Below are positions 37,090-49,487 of a stretch of DNA of 64,000 nucleotides, piece by piece. The stretch's first letter is position 1. The number at the start of each line of letters is the position of its first letter. The notes under the pieces were generated by a model. The model ran no database searches, had not been told where the DNA came from, and was given only the letters and a program-made list of their open reading frames with translations. The translations under genes were made by a program, and so were the position numbers. Source of the stretch: Ranitomeya imitator. Lineage: Eukaryota. The DNA is taken from positions 644,304,001 through 644,368,000 of the forward strand of contig NC_091285.1 of NCBI RefSeq assembly GCF_032444005.1, in the 5' to 3' direction.

Positions 37090-37550
37090 GGCTGTGATTG
37101 GCTGCCGGCGGCAGTGGTCTGATCTGCTGGCAGCGACACATGGCACAGCGCTGACAATGGGCAGAGCAGGCGACATTTGACGTCATCCCCCATACTGACC
37201 ACGTGTGACGTCACCGCCCTACACACCATACGGAGAAACATAGGGAACCCACCAAGCTCCTACGTCAGACATTGATAAAGCGCCATACGCAGCCGCCAGA
37301 GCGGCACTCACTCACTCCCCGCCGCCACCGCAGAGCCTCATATACACACACACAGCAGCCGGTACAGCGCTGCGCCCGGACCCGGTGCCCGTTTTCCTAC
37401 CCTCTCGCCTTCGTTCACGATCTTTGCGCGCTCCCTCTGTTCACAGACTCTCCAATGACGTCATGACGTAGGTGCGGGCAGCGCGCACGGTCTGGAAACG
37501 ATAGAGAGGAATGTAAGGAGAGACCTGAGCGTTGGCGCCACCTGCTGGAA
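37090..37550 (-). promoter_or_regulatory. gpat4 CpG-rich promoter and candidate non-coding exon 1 (~37440 to 37316)
   Basis: CpG-dense; three perfect TGACGTCA (37178, 37206, 37456) plus half sites; CCAAT; minus-strand donor GGA|GTGAGT at 37316; CTCF-like motif at 37535-37548. Confidence 0.6.
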
Positions 37551-37654
37551 AGATTTGCGGTACTACATCGGGCGCTGCAGAATGGTCAATCGCTACCGAA
37601 TGTACAAAATACGGCTACCAAGTTTTGTTGGCCAATTTTCTTTTCCTTCCAAGA

Positions 37655-37709
<55 letters not shown>

Positions 37710-37805
37710 TCTCAGAACTTGTATCTTTGAGTGACACCATTTATTTTACGATTTATTTAAAAGGGGTTTTCCTGGCTTGCAGGGCTCAAGTTTGCAGTCA
37801 CTTAA

Positions 37806-38209
37806 GGCCCCGCGACGCTTAAGCAATCCCGACAACGATACGACCTGTCAGGGATCGCTCAAGCGTCGCTATGTGGTCGCTGGTGAGATGTCACACAGTG
37901 CGATCTCCCCAACGACGCAGCAGCGATGCGGCGACCTGTAGCGACCTGTAGAACGATGCTATTTCATGATGATTCAATGGGACGTCCTGTCAGCGAGGTC
38001 ATTGGTAAGGTGTCAAACACAGCGATGTGTGCTACCCAGCGGGACCTCAACGATCAAAAAACGGCCCAGGCCATTCCGACACGACCAGCGATCTCACAGC
38101 AGGGGCCTGGTCGCTGCTACGTGTCACACATAGCGAGATCGCTACTGAGGTCGCTGTTGCGTCACAAAACTTGTGACTCAGCAGCGATCTCGCTATGTGT
38201 GACGGGGGC
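37806..38209 (+). mobile_element. PIF/Harbinger-like MITE
   Basis: GGCCCCG...GTGTGACGGGGGC termini; near-identical inverted copy at 40367-40792. Confidence 0.8.
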
Positions 38210-38269
38210 TTTACCTCTTCCGACAAGCCTACAACCTGCAGTAACCATCGATCGACCAAACCGCTGCAT

Positions 38270-38465
38270 GACCAGCTCTACCCTCACCTACTGTATCCTC
38301 ACCCATGCATTGTAGATTGTGAGCCCTCGCGGGCAGGGTCCTCATTCCTCCTGTACCAGTTATGACTTGTATTGTTTATGATTATTGTACTTGTTTTTAT
38401 TATGTATACCGCTCCTCACATGTAAAGCGCCATGGAATAAATGGCGCTATAATAATAATAATACT
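38270..38465 (+). mobile_element. L2-type LINE/SINE 3' end
   Basis: tagattgtgagccctcgcgggcaggg...tgtaaagcgccatggaataaatggcgctat(aat)n tail. Confidence 0.7.
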
Positions 38466-38691
38466 TTATGTGACTACAGACTTGTTACTCCTTACAGCGT
38501 GCCCTGTGCACATTTGTCAGGATTTTCCGGTGTTGGTTGTGACGTGCGTGACTGCAGGTTTGTGATTTGGATACATGTGGTCACATGCCGACTAGACGTG
38601 TGCGGTCTCGCTCAATACAAGTGAATGGAGTGAGGCAGGACACGTCTAGTCGGAATGTGGTTGGGAGTATGAAAATCACATATCTGCGGCT

Positions 38692-40083
38692 GGGAGTGGT
38701 GGAGTGGTAAGTTACCCCTGGGAGTGGCGGAGTGGTCAGTTACCCCTGGGAGTGGCAGAGTGGTCGGTTATCCCTGGGAGTGGCGGAGTGGTCGGTTACC
38801 CCTGGGAGTGGCGGAGTGGTCGGTTACCCCTGGGAGTGGCGGAGTGGTCAGTTACCCCTGGGATGGGCGGAGTGGTCAGTTACCCCTGGGAGTGGCGGAG
38901 TGGTCGGTTACCCCTGGGAGTGGCGGAGTGGTCAGTTACCCCTGGGAGTGGTGGAGTGGTCGGTTACCCCTGGGAGTGGTGCAGTGGTAGGTCAGTTACC
39001 CCCGGGAGTGGCGGAGTGGTCGGTTACCCCTGGGAGTGGCGGAGTGGTCGGTTACCCCTGGGAGTGGTGGAGTGGTCGGTTACCCCTGGGAGTGGTGCAG
39101 TGGTCGGTCAGTTACCCCCGGGAGTGGCGGAGTGGTCGGTTACCCCTGGGAGTGGCGGAGTGGTCGGTTACCCCTGGGAGTGGTGGAGTGGTCGGTTACC
39201 CCTGGGAGTGGTGCAGTGGTCGGTCAGTTACCCCCGGGAGTGGCGGAGTGATCGGTTACCCCTGGGACTGGCAGAGTGGTCAGTTACCCGTGGGAGTGGT
39301 GCAGTGGTCGATCAGTTACCCCTGGGAGTGGTGCAGTGGTCGGTCAGTTACCCCCGTGAGTGGTGGAGTGGTCAGTTACCCCTGGGAGTGGTGCAGTGGT
39401 CGATCAGTTACCCCTGGGAGTGGTGCAGTGATCGGTCAGTTACCCCCGTGAGTGGCGGAGTGGTCAGTTACCCCTGGGAGTGGTGCAGTGGTCGGTCAGT
39501 TACCCCCGTGAGTGGCAGAGTGGTCAATTACCCCTGGGAGTGGTGCAGTGGTTGGTCAGTTACCCCCTGGAGTGGCGGAGTGGTCAGTTACCCCTGGGAC
39601 TGGTGGAGTGGTCAGTTACCCCTGCAGTGGCGGAGTGGTCAGTTACCTCTGGGAGTGGCGGAGTGGTCAGTTACCCCCGGGAGTGGCGGAGTGGTCGGTT
39701 ACCCCTGGGACTGGCGGAGTGGTCAGTTACCCCTGCAGTGGCGGAGTGGTCAGTTACCTCTGGGAGTGGCGGAGTGGTCAGTTACCCCCGGGAGTGGCGG
39801 AGTGGTCGGTTACCCCTGGGACTGGCGGAGTGGTCAGTTACCCCTGCAGTGGCGGAGTGGTCAGTTACCTCTGGGAGTGGCGGAGTGGTCGGTCAGTTAC
39901 CCCTGGGAGTGGCGGAGTGGTCAGTTACCTCTGGGAGTGGCGGAGTGGTCGGTTAGTTACCCCCGTGAGTGGCGGAGTGGTCAGTTACCTCTGGGAGTGG
40001 CGGAGTGGTTGGTTACCCCCAGGAGTGGCGGAGTGGTCAGTCAGTTACCCCTGGGAGTGGCAGAGTGGTCAGTTACCCCTGGA
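38692..40083. repeat. G-rich 28/32-bp minisatellite
   Basis: Unit gggagtggcggagtggtcagttacccct with a 4-bp insertion variant; explains the 461-aa pseudo-ORF. Confidence 0.97.
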
Positions 40084-40366
40084 AGTTGAATGTACAGCAG
40101 AATTTGAGGAAAACAGTGCTACGACAAGCCCCCCCCCACCCCCCTTCCCTGATGGGTTTTAAAGGAATACACTGTCGCAGATGATATTTTTCAATCTACA
40201 CAGTGAGTTTTCCAAGAACTTTTTTTGCATTGTAATACACCACTGCCACCTAGCGGCGTTACTGAGAGCTGCATCTGCCAACCTATCTGCAGTCCAAGAA
40301 TCTTTTGGCACTCTGCCCTCTGACTTTGCTTAGATATATGAAGGGTTTTACTCCTTCTCAACTAAA

Positions 40367-40792
40367 GCCCCCGTCTCACATAGCGAGATCACTAGCGAGA
40401 TCGCTGCTGAGTCACAAGTTTTGTGACGCAACAGCGACCTCAGTATCGATCTCGCTATGTGTGACACGTAGCAGCGACCAGGCCCCTGCTGTGAGATCGC
40501 TGGTCGTGTCGGAATGGCCTGGACCGTTTTTTGATCGTTGAGGTCCCGCTGGGTAGCACACATCGCTGTGTTTGACACCTTACCAACGACCTCGTTGACA
40601 GGACGTCCCATTGAATCGTCATGAAATAGCATCGTTCTACAGGTCGCTACAGGTCGCCGCATCGCTGCTGCGTCGTTGGGGAGATCGCACTGTGTGACAT
40701 CTCACCAGCGACCACATAGCGACGCAGCAACGATCCCTGACAGGTCGTATCGTTGTCGGAATCGCTCAAGCGTCGCTATGTGTGACGGGGCC
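40367..40792 (-). mobile_element. PIF/Harbinger-like MITE (inverted copy of 37806-38209)
   Basis: gcccccgtctcacatagc ... gctatgtgtgacggggcc. Confidence 0.8.
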
Positions 40793-40796
40793 TTAA

Positions 40797-41189
40797 GGCT
40801 GCCGTCACACTGTCAGTATTTGGTCAGTATTTTACCTCAGTATTTGTAAGCCAAAACCAGCAGTGGGTGATAAATACAGAAGTGGTGCATATGTTTCTAT
40901 TATACTTTTCCTCTAAGGCCGGGATCACACATGCGAGAAACACGTCCGTGTCTCGCATGTGAAATCCCTCCTCTGGCGACGGCACTCCGGAGCAGAGCGT
41001 GCGGCCGCATAGCAACACATGGAGCCGCACGCTCCGCTCCGAAGTGCCGGCGCCAGAGCTTGGATTTCACATGCGAGACACGGACGTGTTTGTCGCATGT
41101 GTGTTCCCAGCCTTATTGTTCCACTCCTGGTTTTGGCTACAAATACTGATGTAAAATACTGATCAAATACTGAGCGTGTGACGGCAGCC
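40797..41189. mobile_element. Harbinger MITE with a second 196-bp Harbinger MITE (40917-41112) nested inside
   Basis: Outer ggctgccgtcacac / gtgtgacggcagcc with taa flanks; inner ggccgggatcacacatgcg, the same family as 58765-58960. Confidence 0.85.
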
Positions 41190-41693
41190 TAATAGCAACT
41201 ATAAATACTATCAAGTGTCAGTCAGTGGATCTGCACATTGATCCTGACAAATGATTGACATTTGAAGAGAAAAGCATTAAATCCATGTAGTATTTCGTAG
41301 AGAAATGTCTCTGCAGACCTGGAATATTGTATCCACTGCCAATTTCCTATACTTACAAACTTGGAATCTGCGTATTGAATTTTTCTCCTACATCTCCCAG
41401 AGGAAGTAATATGAGTCCCAGCAAGTCGCAATCTGCAGGTGAGAAGCCGAGGACTTTATGCCAGAGGAAGCGACTGTACGTCAGTGGTCCTCAGCCACAT
41501 CATCTCAGGAGCAGGCGCCAAAGTCTCCGGAGACGGCACAGACCCTGAACCTACTCTGAAGCCGGTGTCTGCGCAGCTTCTGCCATTTATATAAGCACCA
41601 TTTTTTCTGCTGCACATGCGGCTGAGAGAGCCCCCCATGTTCCTGGTAACCACCTCCTCCAGGTGCCCCTCCAAGGCCTTTATTGGGAAGATT

Positions 41694-41815
41694 CATAGTA
41701 ACATAGTAACATAGTAACATAGTTAGTAAGGCCGAAAAAAGACATTTGTCCATCCAGTTCAGCCTATATTCCATCATAATAAATCCCCAGATCTACGTCC
41801 TTCTACAGAACCTAA
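41694..41815 (-). mobile_element. CR1 LINE 3' end
   Basis: (tagtaaca)n octamer tail and CR1-like 3' UTR on the minus strand. Confidence 0.6.
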
Positions 41816-42382
41816 CTCGAAGAACAGGGATCTTTTATTACAACTCACACGGTGGGATCAAGTAATTCAACATGAAATTGTCACTGTATTACTATTCCAA
41901 GACTTTTTCTGGCCCACCGGCACTCACATCAATTAAGCGGCGTCTAAGGACCCTAAATGTGATGTATTCTAGGATGTATCCAGCCAGGATAAAAGTAGTA
42001 GATGACGAAAATACGTAGTGATGGACGATCGTGCTGGGATAAGGTGTTATCTGAGCATGCTCGTGTCCTAATCGAGTGTCTTCGTCGTGCTCGAAAAAAA
42101 TGTATACAGGGCCGGCGTTAGGGGCAGGCAGACCAGGCAGCTGCCTAGGGCCCCCTCTACTCCAGGGGACCCCAGCCAGTGACATGCTGCTAATAGCGGC
42201 ACACCACAGGGCCGCTATGGGGCCCATGAGTAAGAAGGGCCCGGCATCACATCACAGATGCCAATACAGTTGAAAGCAGTGATGGAGGAGAGAGCATCAG
42301 ATAATGCTTTGGAGGCCCACACGGTGGTATCACCAGCTGCGAATAACAACTTAATAAAATGATATATCTTCCACAAGTCTTA

Positions 42383-42626
42383 GGCTGGCGTCACACTCAG
42401 CGTATGAAAATACGGTCCATTTTTTACGGCCGTAATACGCAGAAATGTTCCTAAAATAGTGATCCGTATGTCATGCGTAGGTAGGGTGTGGCTGCGTATT
42501 TTGCGCATGTCATCTTCCATATGTAATCCGTATGGCATCCGTACTGTGAGATTTTCTCGCAGGCTTGCAAAACCGACATAAAATGGATCCATGGGCTCAA
42601 ATGTTCGTTAAAACATATATACAGTC

Positions 42627-42670
<44 letters not shown>

Positions 42671-44061
42671 ATTGAGACACATATATATATGTATATTTCA
42701 TACAGCGCTAGATAGCTTTAAAGCCGGTAATTCAATTGCCGGCTTTTCCTTTCTCCTTTCCAAACCCGACATGATATGAGACATGGTTTACATACAGTAA
42801 ACCATCTCATATCCCTTTTTTTTGCATATTCCACACTACTAATGTTAGTAGTGTGTATGTGAAAAATTTGGGCACTCTAGCTATTAAATTAAAGGGTTAA
42901 ATCGCGGAAAAAATTGGCGTGGGCTCCAGCGCAATTTTCTCCGCCAAAGTGGTAAAGCCAGTGACTGAGGGCAGATATTAATAGCCTGGAGAGGGTCCAT
43001 GGTTATTGGCCCCCCCTGGCTAAAAACATCTGCCCCCAGCCACCCCAGAAAAGGCACATCTGGAAGATGCGCCTATTCTGGCACTTGGCCACTCTCTTCC
43101 CATTCCCGTGTAGCGGTGGGATATGGGGTAATGAAGGGTTAATTTCACCTTGCTATTGTAAGGTGACATTAAGCCAGATTAATAATGGAGAGGCGTCAAT
43201 TATGACACCTATCCATTATTAATCCAATAGCATGAAATGGTTAAAAAAAAAAACACACACACAATATTGCAAAGTATTTTAATGAAATAAACACACAGGT
43301 TGTTGTAATATTTTATTACACTGGTAATCCACCTGAAGACCCTCGTTCTGTAAAAAAGGTAAAATAAAAAAAACAACAATATACATACCTTCCGTTGTTC
43401 AGTCACGTCCCACGATGTAAATCCATCTGAAGGGGTTAAATCATTTTACACCCAGGATCTCTGCTAATGCAGCTGTGCTCCTGCCTGTAAAATTTTGTGA
43501 ATGAATGGAATGCAGGGGAATGTACTGTAGTTATCTCGAGTCGCGGTGATGCGCCCTCTGCTGGATGTCCTCATATGAACTCGAGCGTGGGAACTTTTCA
43601 GAATATTTTCCCAGGCTCGAGTTCATATGAACATGCACATACACACTACTAACATTAGTAGTGTGGAATATGCAAAAAAAAAAAAGGGATATGAGATGGT
43701 TTACTGTATGCAAACCATGTCTCATATACTGTCGGGTTTGTGAAGGAGATAGCAAAAGCCGGCAATTGAATTACCGGCTTTGCTATAGAACACCGCTGCG
43801 TATTTCTCGCAAGTCACACTGTTGGTCCGTGTGTAATCCTTATTTTTCTCACCCCCATAGACTTTCATTGGCGGATTTTTTGCGTAATACGGTGACAAAC
43901 GCAGCATGCTGCGATTTTCTACGGCCGTACAAGACCGTATAATACGGATCAGTAAAATACGGCAGATAGGAGCAGGGGCATCGAGAATCATTGTACCGTA
44001 TGCAATCCGTATTTTCTGCACCTCTCATACGTTCGTAAAAGTCGCTAGTGTGACGCCGGCC
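42383..44061. mobile_element. Large non-autonomous Harbinger element (1.68 kb) with long internal inverted arms
   Basis: tta|GGCTGGCGTCACAC ... GTGTGACGCCGGCC|tta; inverted blocks at ~42720-42860 and ~43635-43780. Confidence 0.85.
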
Positions 44062-45680
44062 TTATCCATATCCATATTTAGGTTTGGCATATTGGCTTCT
44101 GATGGATGTCCCAGGTGTGGGGAATTGGGGGCAAACTTATCGCACCTTGTTAGGAGCTGCATGGTGGTAAGGAGGTACTGGAATGAAGTGGTCTACACAT
44201 TGTTGCAGGTAATTAGGACTCCTATTGATTGTGTATTGGGAATTGTGGATGGGGAAACTTGGCCACACTACGATAGAATAGACTTTCTTGCCAGGAAGGT
44301 AATAGCACTAAGATGGATGGGGGGACGGGCACCTACTGTTAATCAATGGGAGGAAACTGGAGAATGATATAATACTGTATGAGACTATAGTGGATCGCCC
44401 CCACGTAAGAGCAATGGGGTACTCAGTCCCGGGTCTTTCAGCTCCTTCAGCGAGGATGTCACGGTGGCCCGACCCGGACCGTGGCCCTATGAGGGGCGCC
44501 CAATTAAAAGGCAGAGTTCGTATGGAATGAGATTCGTGACGCCACCTGTGGTGTTCGGTCAGGGTGACCGACGCTGCTTAGGGGTCCGCTGGGGTGATGT
44601 GATGGCAGCTTGATGGTATACCTTCCCACAGGTGAAGTATGTCCCCAGGGCTTCCCAGAGGTGTAGATGGTGATGGTGTCAGGCGCAGTTAATAACGAGG
44701 ACCCAAAGGGTGCAGTCTCTTTACCTTTACTGAAGTCTTTAGCATCCGTAGTCCAGAGTACAGGATTACAGGGTAAGCAGAGTCCAGCCAGTCTGATGAC
44801 ACTTCCAGAGTCCCCCTTTCCAGGTGGAAATCAGTAGCCTTCCTACTAGCGCTCGTGCGTTGTAGTACCCCCCTGCTGAGCAACTCGGTAAGGTCCTCAC
44901 AACTTTTGTAGATGTTATCTTTTCTCTCTGTCCCCCAGATGGATAGGACAAACCCGTATGACGGTGGTGGCCTGAGGCTATTTTATAGGAACCCTAGAGA
45001 CGCCCCTCCTCCACAATTTGCCACCGTGTCTGCTTAGGTTCCTAGGCCGGACAGCCAACTTGAAATTAACTGCCCTGCCGGTCTCTGAAGTAAAGCGTAG
45101 AGTCTATTACTCACTCAGTGTTCCGGCCACCGGTCCGCGCTCCAGAAAGAGGCAGCCTCTCACAGGACAGGACTCCTTCTGGTTTTCTATTTTCCTTTGC
45201 CGTGACTTCGTGTCTCACTCCCTACAAGACAATTCTCTTCGTGTCCTTTCTTAGGATGCTGCCGCATGGGTTGCAGGCGCAGCTCCGTGTACCTTCGCTC
45301 TCCTCCTCAGACTACAGTCTGGATCTGACTGGAGATCACTCCAGCCAGCTCGACCTAGAGACCTTTCTCTCTCAGTCTCCAGCCAGGAACTTTCCTCTCC
45401 TCCTTCTCCTAACTTTCTATCCAACTACCAGTTTTACCTAATGTGAGGAGTGGCCTAGTGGATAGAACCTTTGCTCCCCCTGGTGGCTGGAGTGTGAAGT
45501 TTGCGGTGTGTTTTGTGATACCTGGCAGGGTGAACTCCTTTGGTGCCATCAGACGTAACATCACTTCCCCCTAGTGGAAGAATGATATTACTGCAACGAC
45601 CAGGACTCTGGGGCGCTGCAATAGTATATAGGAACAGAGGCTGTCCCCAAAAGTTTCATAGAATTTAGGAGAAGTGGTGT
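44062..45680 (+). mobile_element. L1/Tx1 ORF2 3' fragment interrupted by a solo LTR
   Basis: CPRCGELGANLSHLVRSC (zinc knuckle)...ARKVIALRWMG; continues after the LTR as IVYRNRGCPQKFHRI. Confidence 0.7.
44391..45620. mobile_element. Solo LTR (1230 bp)
   Basis: TG...CA ends with short inverted repeat tggatcgcccc / ggggcgctgca; 4-bp TSD atag (44387-44390, 45621-45624). Confidence 0.8.
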
Positions 45681-46244
45681 GAATCACCCCAGACACACTT
45701 GTCCCCCAGTCTTTTAGCTTCCTCAATTTCACGTTATGTACCCTGATGTGGTTTTCAAATGCATGAGATAAGATTCCTGATAATTGGACAAAAGAGTCTA
45801 TTCTTGTTTATACTTTTAAATCATATAGATCTTAATTTTTTATATGTTTCTTTACAGTCCTGATTTCAGGCAAGTGCAGTGCTTTCAACATACATCTAAT
45901 ACAGGGTCGGACCGGCATAGCGGGGTACCAGGTAAGTGGCCGGTGGACCCACCGCCCCAGACAAGAAGGAAATAGAAAATATTTTTTTTATGGGCACGGG
46001 CACTTTAAAGTGCAGGAGGCAGGGGTGTGCTCACACTATTAGGGCCTGCGTCACTAACCAGCATGCCCAGGCAAGTGCTGGGGCCTTGGGCAAACGGTGG
46101 GGGGTTCCACTCTCCGTAGGGGACACCGACGCACTATGGGGCCCATGAGTTGGGGGAGCCCAGTGGGAGCGATGGCATCGAGGCCCCAACCCTCTGACCA
46201 CAAGGCATTTGCTCCCCACCCCCTTCCCCGGCAGTACTGACTAA

Positions 46245-48274
46245 GGCTATGTTCACATGCAGGCAAAACCTGCTCTTTTGGCAGTAAAAAGACTACATTC
46301 AAGATGCTCATTTTGCATCATTTTTTGGACGCAGATTACATGTGTGCTTTGTCTACAGTACATGATTAATAAAGTTAGTTTTAGTCACCAAAAATGCTTT
46401 AAAAAGTTGGGAGAATGCCACAAAAACTTTTGTCCCCCCCCCTCCCTCCCATTACTTTCTAAGGGTGAAAAATCCTCCATGAATAGATGTGATACAGATT
46501 TAATGCGCACAGCAGTTTTCCAATTCAGTCAGGGAAAAAATAAGTTTGTGCGTGTGATTTCTGAACTCTCGTGGCTTTTACCGATGCACACGTATTCTGG
46601 GTCCACTGTGGATTTTTCTGCAGCGGATTTCAGCAGATTTTATAAATCCACAGTGGAAAACCGCTGCGGATTTATTGCGGATTTATCGTGGTTTTTCTGT
46701 GGTTTTCACTGCTGTTTTACAACTGCGGATTTCTATTGGAGCAGTTGTAAAACCGCTGCGGAATCTGCAGAAAGAAGTGACATGCTGCGGAATGTAAACC
46801 GCTGCATTTCCGTGCAGTTTCTTCCGCAGCATGTGCACAGCGTTTTTGGTTTCCCATAGGTTTACATTGGACTGTAAACGCATGGGAAACTGCTGCGGAT
46901 CCGCATCGTGTGCACATACCCTTAACCCCTTACCGGCATCGGACGTACTATACCGTCCGATGCCGGCTCCCCTGCTTTGATGCAGGGCTCCGCGGTGAGC
47001 CCGCATCAAAGCCGGGACATGTCAGCTGTTTTGAACAGCTGACATGTGCCCGTAATAGGCGCGGGCAGAATCGCGATCTGCCCGCACCTATTAACTAGTT
47101 AAATGCCGCTGTCAAACGCAGACAGCGGCATTTAACTACCGCTTCCGGCCGGGCGGCCGGAAATGACGTCATCGCCGACCCCCATCACATGACCGGGGGT
47201 CAGCGATGCTTGTATATTGTAACCATAGAGGTCCCAGAGACCTCTATGGTTATTGATCGCCGGTGGCTGTGAGCGCCACCCTGTGGTCGGCGCTCACAGC
47301 ACACCTCCATTTCTGCTACATAGCAGCGATCAGCAGATCGCTCCTATGTAGCAGAGCCGATCGAGTTGTGCCTGCTTCTAGCCTCCCATGGAGGCTATTG
47401 AAGCATGGCAAAAGTTAAAAAAAAAAGTTTAAAAAAATGTGAAAAAAATAAAAAAAAACATAAAAGTTTAAATCACCCCCCTTTCGCCCCAATCAAAATA
47501 AATCAATAAAAAAATATCAAATCTACGCATATTTGGTATCGCCGCGCTCAGAATCGCCCGATCTATCAATTAAAAAAAAGTATTAACCTGATCGCTAAAC
47601 AGCGTAGCGGGAAAAAAATTAGAAACGCCAGAATTACGTTTTTTTGGTCGCCGCGACATTGCATTAAAATGCAATAACGGGCGATCAAAAGAACATATCT
47701 GCACCGAAATGCTATCATTAAAAACGTCATCTCGGCACGCAAAAAATAAGCCCTCAACCGACCCCAGATCACGAAAAATGGAGACGTTACGAGTATCGGA
47801 AAATGGCACAATTTTTTTTTTTTTTAGCAAAGTTTGGCATTTTTTTTCACCACTTAGATAAAACATAACCTAGTCATGTTAGGTGTCGATGAACTCGTAC
47901 TGACCTGGAGAATCATAATGGCAGGTCATTTTTAGCATTTAGTGAACCTAGCAAAAAAGCCAAACAAAAAACCAATGTTGGATTGCACTTTTTTTTGCAA
48001 TTTCACCGCACTTGGAATTTTTTTCCCGTTTTCTAGTACACGACATGCTAAAACCAATAATGTCGTTCAACAGTACAACTCGTCCCGCAAAAAATAAGCC
48101 CTCACATGGCCATATTGACGGAAAAATAAAAAAGTTATGGCTCTGGGAGGAGGGGAGCGAAAAACGAACACGGAAAAACGAAAAATCCCCCGGTCATGAA
48201 GGGGTTAAAAGCAGATTTTAATTTGCATAATAAAATAACAAAAAAAGTTGCAACAACTGCATGTGAACATAGCC
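46245..48274. mobile_element. Harbinger MITE containing nested Harbinger and piggyBac-like elements
   Basis: ggctatgttcacatgcag / ctgcatgtgaacatagcc termini; an inner element ends gtgtgcacataccc at 46921. Confidence 0.65.
46926..48204 (+). mobile_element. piggyBac-like non-autonomous element (TTAA TSD)
   Basis: ttaa|CCCCTTACC ... GTCATGAAGGGG|ttaa; same family as 15909-17156. Confidence 0.8.
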
Positions 48275-48603
48275 CAAGAAGTTTTTTATTGCATTTTTCA
48301 TGCTATGGTTTTTGTCTCTTGTTGGAGTCTTTTTTTTTTTTTTTTTAATAAAGTTGCTTTTTTCCTGGTATTTGGTACTTATTGACACAGTCATGTGTGG
48401 ATTATATGTGTTTTTGCTGCAAGTACAAGTCTATGTGGAAAATCTGCACACAAAACCCGACATACCCGCAAGAGAAATTGACATGTTGTAGATGTGAACA
48501 CGCACCACAGGTCACTTTACACTAAGCAAAAAAAAAAAAAGCACAGCAAAAATACACCGGGTCAAAAACTCACCAAAAACTCATGGTGAGAACATAGCCT
48601 TAA

Positions 48604-49487
48604 GGCCAGTCTCACACGTCCAGATAATTCCGGTACTGGAAAAATCGGTACCGGAATTATCCGTGTCCGTGTGTCCGTGAGCTCACATAGGCCATCCGTG
48701 TGGCACACGTGCCGCACACGTGTGCCGCCCGTGTGCCGACTGGGTACCACACGGAGCATGCAGGAGACAGCGCTAGAGATAAGCGCTGTCCCCTGCATCT
48801 GGTGCGGAAGCCGCCATTCATATCTTCTCTCCAGCAGCGTTGCTGGCAAGAAGATATGAAAAATCTTTTCTTTTTTTTTTTTCGTGTTTAAAATAAAGAT
48901 CCCTGTCCCCACCCCCCTCCCATCCCCTGTGTGCCCCAGTGCTGTTAATAAAATACTCACCCGGCTCCCTTGCAGCGTCCTGTCCTCGCCGCACCTTCTC
49001 CTGTATGAGCGGTCACGTGGTGCCGCCCATTACAGTGATGAATATGCGGCTCCACCCTATGGGAGGTGGAACCGCATATTCATGACTGTAATTGGTGGAT
49101 CTTTATTTTAAACACAAAAAAAACAAAAAAAAAAGGATTTTTCATATCTTCTTGCCAGCAACGCTGCTGGAGGGAAGATATGAATGGCGGCTTCAGCACC
49201 ACGTGGGGGAGGGACAGCGCTTACTGTAGCGCTGTCTCCTGCACGGCACACGGACTGCACACGGACAGCGTCCATGTGCGGTACGTGTTTTACACAGACC
49301 CATTGACTTTAATGGGTCACGAACACTGACATGTCTCCGTGTTTTGCACACGGACACACGGTCCGTGAAAACACGCTGACATGTGCAGAGACACATTGAT
49401 TTTAATGTGTCTACGTGAGTCAGTGGCTCAGATACGTGAGGAAACTGTCACCTCACGTACCGGAGCCACTGACGTGTGAAACCGGCC
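48604..49487. mobile_element. Harbinger MITE
   Basis: taa|GGCCAGTCTCACACGTC ... GACGTGTGAAACCGGCC|taa; internal inverted blocks. Confidence 0.85.

Noticed and set aside
38704-40184. Long ORFs (461, 239, 216, 158 aa) rich in W/G/V/S
   Set aside because: Pure translation of the 28/32-bp minisatellite; periodic and with no domain.
41400-41690. Possible coding fragment (ORF 41327-41548)
   Set aside because: No recognisable motif or splice framework; may be a decayed transposon ORF; cannot be supported.
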